The position numbers were made by a program, and so were the translations under genes. A DNA stretch of 53,799 bases, filler included, from Sluysia triapertura (taxonomy: Eukaryota): NCBI GenBank assembly GCA_046118255.1. It is 4 parts of 4 records of this genome, joined end to end, with 100 filler letters (N's around TTAATTAATTAA, not from the genome) between each part and the next. Parts side by side here need not be neighbours in the genome. Positions count along the whole stretch, not along the records: positions 41,752 to 53,799 come from JBJNIA010144499.1; 3 more parts are not named here. One strand, written 5' to 3'. A model generated the notes under the pieces. That model saw only the letters and a list, made by a program, of their open reading frames with translations, ran no database searches and was not told where the DNA came from. This document shows, piece after piece, positions 52,431 to 53,799 of the stretch; the stretch's first letter is position 1, and the number at the start of each line of letters is the position of its first letter.

Positions 52431-52463
52431 CTTAAGAATATTACATTATTAAGTCAATATTAC

Positions 52464-52603
52464 TTTGCGGTAGACGTAGTATTTTTTCCAGCAGATTTTA
52501 ATTTCAAATGAGCAGGTATAGATTTTTCAAGAGGATTATTTTCAACTGGTCTACTTCTAGTAACTTTTTCTAATTTATAAAATCGTTCCTTAAATACCAA
52601 CAT
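52464..52603 (-). CDS. VPS35L: VPS35L (C16orf62, Retriever complex subunit) exon 1
   Basis: ATG at 52603: MLVFKERFY..ENNPLE..; donor aa|gtaata keeps frame with exon 2. Confidence 0.8.
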
Positions 52604-53725
52604 TTATAATTTAATTAAAATGATTAATTTTTTTTCAATAAAAATGAAACTGTAAAACATAAACAATATGATAACACTAGTAAACTTATTTTTTAATAAT
52701 AATTTTACATATACTACATGAAATAAAAGTTATATAAATAAGATATTCAAAAATAATATTCCAAGTTATCTCTAATTGATTTAGTATAACAAGGCTACAG
52801 ATTAACGGTAAAGAAAATAAAATCACAGAATAAAATTTTACTCGCGCATAAAATTTATTAGATGCCAAATTTGGCAATGTAACAAAAAATAATATAATTT
52901 AAATAATTTGCTTTTACTTAAAAATTTAGTAACTTAGGAAGTGATATTATCAATTAAACTTTAATATAAATCAATTTCTTTACACTACTGTGGGTATTTT
53001 TCTTAATATCCGGCAAAATAAAAATATAGCAGGGTTCGGTTACATTATAAGGTATATGATGTAGAGTAGACGTACCTGTAACTAAAAGTAATAATTCTTA
53101 ACGTGAATTTAACTTCTAATATCTTATTCTTCAAGTTTGCTTTTTAAATTAAATGCGTACAATAACTTTTACTTATGTGTTATCTACCTTAGCAGGAATC
53201 AGTACTGAATTTTTGAAATAATTTTACACAATTATTTATATTTGTAACCTTTCACTAAGTCACATTCAAACTCCAAACATTCTTTTTAAATTATATTAAA
53301 CAAAATCAATTACAAAATTAGTAGAAGAATCAGAATAAAGAATTAAATAAAAATAGTTTAATAATTTAAAAAATAAAAACCTCTAAGGTCTTTAATTTAT
53401 ATTCTACTTTTTAATATTTTAATTATAAAATTTTACCCTAATTAAATATCGGTATGAAAATGAAATTAATAAACGAACTTAAGTAGATATTAATATTTTC
53501 GCTGCTGAAACCAAAACTCCTTATAATTAAACAACCTACCGACCTAAATTTTTCTTTTTTTGATAAAAATTTTCAAAAAATATGAATAAATCAAAGTAAC
53601 AAAAAATCATTATAATGTGTATTAAATCAAAATTATCAACTCCAAATTTTTAATGTATCTTCGGTGATCGTGAAATGGTTACTAATTATTAATTATTCTC
53701 TAACTTTCAATGTTCACAGAATAAA

Positions 53726-53799
53726 TGTTGGGGTAAAAGGCCTAAAAAGTGCCAAGTAGTATAATTGAATATATTAAAAATGAAATTGTTAGACGGGGC
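53726..53799 (+). mobile_element. Leader + start of the tRNA-like repeat (runs off the window)
   Basis: tgttggggtaaaaggcctaaaaagtgcca...aaattgttagacggggc. Confidence 0.8.

Overview
Very AT-rich eukaryotic (animal, probably flatworm; inference) scaffold. It contains three 100-nt joins (44 N + TTAATTAATTAA + 44 N) and one plain N gap, so neighbouring contigs may not be truly adjacent. Host genes: a two-exon teashirt/tiptop zinc-finger gene (+, 17713-22716); the first seven exons of VPS35L/C16orf62 (-, 52603-42689; C-terminal exons not found), whose first three introns are only 32-38 nt; and one isolated synaptotagmin-type C2 exon (-). The rest is transposon debris: hATm-like, pogo/Tigger, a Helitron 3' end, an LTR with a tRNA-Leu PBS, a gag fragment, several decayed orphan ORFs, and five copies of a repeat whose tRNA-Cys-like module lies downstream of a conserved leader. 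The highlight is a decayed Ty3/gypsy element (30078-37375). In it a chuvirus-like fusion glycoprotein sits directly upstream of PR-RT-RH-IN and apparently reads into it. The integrase is followed by a second aspartic protease and a membrane-anchored domain, suggesting a giant multi-protease, envelope-bearing polyprotein. All homology calls come from manual translation and remembered family motifs, not database searches.
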